A stretch of DNA of 64,000 nt, from assembly GCA_964489445.1 (NCBI GenBank), contig CAZAYU010000005.1, positions 68,799 to 132,798 of the forward strand. Reading direction: 5' to 3'. Below, piece after piece: positions 59,856-64,000 of the stretch. The stretch comes from an uncultured Planctomycetia bacterium. GTDB lineage: Bacteria; Omnitrophota; Gorgyraeia; Duberdicusellales; 4484-171. The translations under genes were made by a program, and so were the position numbers. The notes under the pieces were generated by a model. That model was not told the DNA's origin. It did no database searches and saw nothing but the letters and a program-made list of their open reading frames with translations. How positions within the stretch are numbered: position 1 is the first letter of the stretch; each line of letters begins with the position of its first letter.

Positions 59856-61079
59856 TTAAAGTATCTTTTTGCAGATTAAAGACGCGTTTATCCCTCCGAA
59901 AGCAAAACAATTCTTTAGTATAGAATTAATCTTCTTGTCTTGAATCTCCATGACATGGTTAATGCCTTTACAGTCTTCTGCAATATCATCCAAATTCTTC
60001 GTGGGATAAATTTTGCTTTTCTGCATCATTTTAAGAGCAGCAATCAATTCTATAGACCCTGAAGCACCTAAAGTATGCCCTATATACCCCTTCAAACTAC
60101 TTACTGGTACTTTATCCCCAAATATCTCCTTTAAAGCTCCAGCCTCTTCTTGATCTCCATGAATAGTAGCTGTTGCGTGTGCATTAATATAATCAATGTT
60201 AGCTGACTGCATGCCTGCGCTTTTAAGTGCCTCTTTCATACAGAAAACCATTGCTTCTCTACTTGGTTGGCTTACATGCTCTCCACTTCCGCATGTATGA
60301 TACCCGGCTACTTCCGCATAAATATTTGCATTCCTTTTTTGTGCATGTTCGTAATCTTCTAAAATGAGGATTCCACTTCCTTCACCACAGACTAATCCAT
60401 CTCTACCCTTATCAAAAGGCCTTGGAGTACACTTCGGATTATCATTAAAGTGTGTAGATGTTGCGAAGAGAATATCAAAGGAGCCTGCAACGATTGCATG
60501 TAACTCTTCTGCCCCTCCACAGAGAATAACATCTTGCTTGCCAGACTGAATAATCCCATAAGCCGCACCTACTGCCTGTAGGGCAGATGCACAAGCTGCT
60601 GATGTTGCCATGACATATCCTTTAATCCCAAAACATTGTGAAACATTCATCGCTGCTGTGTGAGAAACACATTTGAAAAAATTCATTGAAGATAATTTAG
60701 ATAAATCTTTTTCTGGAAGCATCATTTCAAACGTATCATTCATTGCTTCAGCTCCACCCATTGTGGATCCGATGATGCATCCCGTGCGAGCAGATGCAAT
60801 AACGCTTTCACTTAAGCCAGAATCCTTCACTGCCTCTTCAGATGCTTGCGCAGCAAAGATGCCCATCCGCCCCATAGAACGTCTCTTTTTTCTTGGAATG
60901 CTTCTTTCATCCTCTATCTTTGCAGGAGCGGCTATTAATGTGTTTAGCCCAATATACTCTTTCCACTTTTCCATTCTCTGGACAGCGCTTCTATTAGTCT
61001 CTAGCCCCTGAATATACTCTTCGACATTAACTCCTAAAGGACAAACTACACCCATCCCAGTTATCACAACTCTTTTCAT
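59856..61079 (-). CDS. Beta-ketoacyl-ACP synthase (FabF/FabB-like)
   Basis: AACASA, NAHATAT, GHTLGASG, FAFGGIN. Confidence 0.95.
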   Translation of the reverse strand: MKRVVITGMGVVCPLGVNVEEYIQGLETNRSAVQRMEKWKEYIGLNTLIAAPAKIEDERSIPRKKRRSMGRMGIFAAQASEEAVKDSGLSESVIASARTGCIIGSTMGGAEAMNDTFEMMLPEKDLSKLSSMNFFKCVSHTAAMNVSQCFGIKGYVMATSAACASALQAVGAAYGIIQSGKQDVILCGGAEELHAIVAGSFDILFATSTHFNDNPKCTPRPFDKGRDGLVCGEGSGILILEDYEHAQKRNANIYAEVAGYHTCGSGEHVSQPSREAMVFCMKEALKSAGMQSANIDYINAHATATIHGDQEEAGALKEIFGDKVPVSSLKGYIGHTLGASGSIELIAALKMMQKSKIYPTKNLDDIAEDCKGINHVMEIQDKKINSILKNCFAFGGINASLICKKIL

Positions 61080-62572
61080 CGGTGTAACCTTGCTTTAATA
61101 AAATTATTGTAATCATCTCGCCCAACAATACTCCTTGCCACAATAAAAGAAGACATCATCGCACCCACGACTCCTGGCAAAACAGAACTTTGCCCACACG
61201 CATAAAGATTTCGCAAAGGAAGCTTTCCAAACACATTAAACTGACCCATCTTTTGTTTGATCCCATAGGCTGTACATTCGTATGAGTTCAAATAATCCCT
61301 ATACGTAAGAATAGAAGCAGCGCAAATAACTTTAAATGAATCCCTGTAAGCTGGATTATATTGAAAAATTCTTTCTTTAATCTGTTGCTCCCGGTTCTTT
61401 TTGTATTCATAGTAGGCCTTCGGCCGTTTTCCAACACTAGAATCCAGCCATTGAGAGACATCTTCACTAGACGAAGACTCCATGGCGGTAAGGACCTTGA
61501 CCTTTTTGCTATCAATATCTTCATAAGAAGTCATTAGTACAAGAGCTGAGCAACCATTGTCGGAAGGCTCAAACAGCGTGTTCACGTCATCCGAAGGAAG
61601 AAGGGAAACAATGCTTGGTGTAAAATCATTATCATCAGCTTCGACAATACCAAACAGAGAAAAAAATCCAGACGCAGGCTCAAAATCACTAACCCTCATC
61701 AAAAAAGCCTTAGTCAAATTATCTTTCGGAAGGCTCTCAACAATAGCCTTGGGATGAATTGTAAAAATACATTGATTACAAGATAACTCCTCGCCCGTAC
61801 TTAAAATGAACTTCTTGACAATATTGCCCTCGACATCTAAAAACTTATCAATAGTGCACTTTGTTTTAATATCAACTCCAAGCTCAAGAAGTGCATCTTT
61901 AAACGCGCTAACGAATGCTCCTCCGCCTCTCTTAATCCGCACGACGCTATCGTACATTCCATACGCAACACGAAAATGATTCGCAACTGAAACCTCTGAC
62001 GGCCTTACCCCGTAACACATACAAAATGTTGATAATATACCCTTTAAGTATCTGCTCTTAAAAGACTTATCTAGGACTTCTTGTAGGCTAATATAATCCT
62101 CATCTAAGATATTAGTAACTTCAGTAATCCTTAAAAGATCTAAAGAAGCAGTCTCCTCGTAGATCTTCTTAGCTAAATTAAAAAAATAATCAATGCCCTC
62201 TTCCTCACCCGGGAAAAATTCTTTGAGTTTTTCAATAAAGCTTAAAACCCCATTCGGCATATAATATTTCTTGTGATCATTCTCGAAGATATACGCCTGG
62301 CCCTCTTTATCGGAAAGTATTACTGGCTCAATTTTATTCTCTATCCCCAGAACACTGAGCATATCATGCAAAACCCCATTCTCTAAGAATGCCCCTGTAA
62401 AATGGAATCCTGTATCAAAAGGAATTCCTTCTTTAACAAAACGTGACATACTCCCACCAATACGATTTGACTTCTCAACAATTAAAACCTTCTGTCCGTT
62501 TAAAGCAAGAATATTCGCAAGTGTCAAGCCACTTATTCCACTACCCACAACTATACTGTCATAAAATTTCAT
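61076..62572 (-). CDS. Phytoene desaturase-like FAD oxidoreductase
   Basis: IVVGSGISGL, FDTGFHF, NLYACGQS...PGVVGA; start taken at ATG 62572. Confidence 0.88.
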   Translation of the reverse strand: MKFYDSIVVGSGISGLTLANILALNGQKVLIVEKSNRIGGSMSRFVKEGIPFDTGFHFTGAFLENGVLHDMLSVLGIENKIEPVILSDKEGQAYIFENDHKKYYMPNGVLSFIEKLKEFFPGEEEGIDYFFNLAKKIYEETASLDLLRITEVTNILDEDYISLQEVLDKSFKSRYLKGILSTFCMCYGVRPSEVSVANHFRVAYGMYDSVVRIKRGGGAFVSAFKDALLELGVDIKTKCTIDKFLDVEGNIVKKFILSTGEELSCNQCIFTIHPKAIVESLPKDNLTKAFLMRVSDFEPASGFFSLFGIVEADDNDFTPSIVSLLPSDDVNTLFEPSDNGCSALVLMTSYEDIDSKKVKVLTAMESSSSEDVSQWLDSSVGKRPKAYYEYKKNREQQIKERIFQYNPAYRDSFKVICAASILTYRDYLNSYECTAYGIKQKMGQFNVFGKLPLRNLYACGQSSVLPGVVGAMMSSFIVARSIVGRDDYNNFIKARLHR

Positions 62573-62582
62573 ACTACCAACC

Positions 62583-63329
62583 TTAGATAACAAGCCCTCC
62601 ATTAACCCCAATAACTTGCCCGTGAATATACATATCCTTCTCATTGCATAAAAACCCTACAACAGAGGCAATATCCTTCGGCTTTCCTGTCTTTTTCAAA
62701 GGAATCAAAGGCAAAACTTTGTCTTTTGGTATGCCTTTAGTCATATCCGTATCAATAAAACCTGGAGAGACAACATTAACAAAAATATTCTTCTTTCCGA
62801 CCTCTCGCGCCAAAGCTTTGCACGCCCCTATAAGTCCTGCCTTAGAAGCAGAATAATTAACCTGCCCTGCTTGGCCCACCTCTCCCGCAGTTGAAGAAAT
62901 TGCAACAATCCTTCCTCTTTTTTCTCTCAACATTGGGAAAAGAACAGAGTTCGTAACATTATAAAAACCATTTAGATTAGTTGCAATGACATCATTCCAT
63001 TCTTTCTCCGTTGTCCACATCAAAAGATTATCCCTAGTAATGCCTGAATTAAAAACTACTACATAAGGAGGAGTTTCTTCAGCTTTATCGGACAAGGCTT
63101 TCTTAGTTTCAGTATAACTAGAAACATCAAATGAAGATAGTTCACATTTACGCCCTATCTTTTCCACTTCCTTTTTAACAATATCTGCAGCGTTATTATT
63201 ATTTCGATAGGTAAGCCATATATCGAAACCCAAGCTTGCCAGCTTAAGAACAATGGCTTTTCCTATTCCTCTGCTTCCTCCAACTACTAATGCAATTTTG
63301 TTTTTTATTTCATTCATTTTATACTCCAT
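62583..63329 (-). CDS. fabG: 3-oxoacyl-ACP reductase
   Basis: GGSRGIG, NSGITRD, NYSASKAG, PGFIDTDM. Confidence 0.95.
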   Translation of the reverse strand: MEYKMNEIKNKIALVVGGSRGIGKAIVLKLASLGFDIWLTYRNNNNAADIVKKEVEKIGRKCELSSFDVSSYTETKKALSDKAEETPPYVVVFNSGITRDNLLMWTTEKEWNDVIATNLNGFYNVTNSVLFPMLREKRGRIVAISSTAGEVGQAGQVNYSASKAGLIGACKALAREVGKKNIFVNVVSPGFIDTDMTKGIPKDKVLPLIPLKKTGKPKDIASVVGFLCNEKDMYIHGQVIGVNGGLVI

Positions 63330-63336
63330 TTATTAG

Positions 63337-63999
63337 TTAAAATTTCCATGTTGTCCCAAAAAGAAACATGTTCACATTTATACCGTCATTAGGCAATTTT
63401 CTATTTGCATTAGATAAATGCCGATATCGGTATTCAACATCAAAAGACAAATTTTCCTTCAAATCATAAGAAATTCCTATACCCATCTGAGGAATAAAAT
63501 TGTATTGTGTTGATTGCTCATTTGTCTGTTGCGACATATAAAGAACACCACCACCTACAAAAAAGTATGGATTTATTTTTTCCGTAGCTGGATATGAGTA
63601 TTTCATAAGAATATCAAATCCAACTTCAATATTGTTATCCGGACTAATAATCGTATTTAAAAAAGTTTCTGCTAAAAATTCTGTCTCTCCTTTAACATTA
63701 ATATCGTGAGCATTAAAGACTTTTTCAGCAACATATTCAACAATATCTGCTGCTCCAATGCCGAGCTTGTCAACATCAAAAGCAAATCTAAATATTGAAG
63801 GAACAATCTTATAATCATTTTTTCCACTCAAGTCCCCTTTGGCGAAACCTGTATAATAAGAAAAGCTCTTATAATATGGGGTATCTTTTTCAGAACCGTC
63901 TGCTTTTTGGGCATACGAATTATAACTTATTGATGCAGTGAGCAATATAACGATGATAATAATTAATGGGAAACGAAATGTTTTTTGGTAAGAATTCAT
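63337..63999 (-). CDS. PagL-like acyloxyacyl hydrolase (outer-membrane beta-barrel)
   Basis: Signal peptide, YNF, YRYRHLSNA..PNDGIN, terminal Phe. Confidence 0.85.
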   Translation of the reverse strand: MNSYQKTFRFPLIIIIVILLTASISYNSYAQKADGSEKDTPYYKSFSYYTGFAKGDLSGKNDYKIVPSIFRFAFDVDKLGIGAADIVEYVAEKVFNAHDINVKGETEFLAETFLNTIISPDNNIEVGFDILMKYSYPATEKINPYFFVGGGVLYMSQQTNEQSTQYNFIPQMGIGISYDLKENLSFDVEYRYRHLSNANRKLPNDGINVNMFLFGTTWKF

Positions 64000-64000
64000 A

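Overview
AT-rich bacterial DNA from a diderm, probably anaerobic organism (PVC/Omnitrophota-like by impression only). Almost every gene is on the minus strand, and the window has two halves. (1) 1-36 kb is a patchwork of short unrelated gene blocks: cold-shock and ribosome factors, recQ-nuclease-cvfB-topB, a Gld-like ABC module, an arsR-P-E-F-G operon, a peroxiredoxin, MATE, an APC-EIIA permease, a QueD-like protein and several broken genes. The blocks are separated by about a dozen co-oriented, recombination-site-like scars built as hairpin + (AA/TGG)CTCCCC-type core + right arm. The right arm is either a tRNA 3'-end/T-arm-like sequence (five copies end in GGCTCAAACT) or an orphan peptide tail LPxLDxFxNW. 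No integrase and no intact tRNA gene were found, so this looks like an accretion array at tRNA-derived att sites. (2) 36.2-64 kb is a ~28 kb type II FAS/PKS lipid cluster resembling the aryl-polyene-like island shared by Kuenenia and Desulfotalea. It has 3 KS, 2 CLF-like proteins, 3 ACPs, 2 adenylating enzymes, 2 B12 radical SAMs, a radical SAM/SPASM-dehydratase fusion, MMPL/LolA export and a PagL-like gene, with four small exported-protein genes interleaved. All calls are from motif recognition by eye; no database searches were run.
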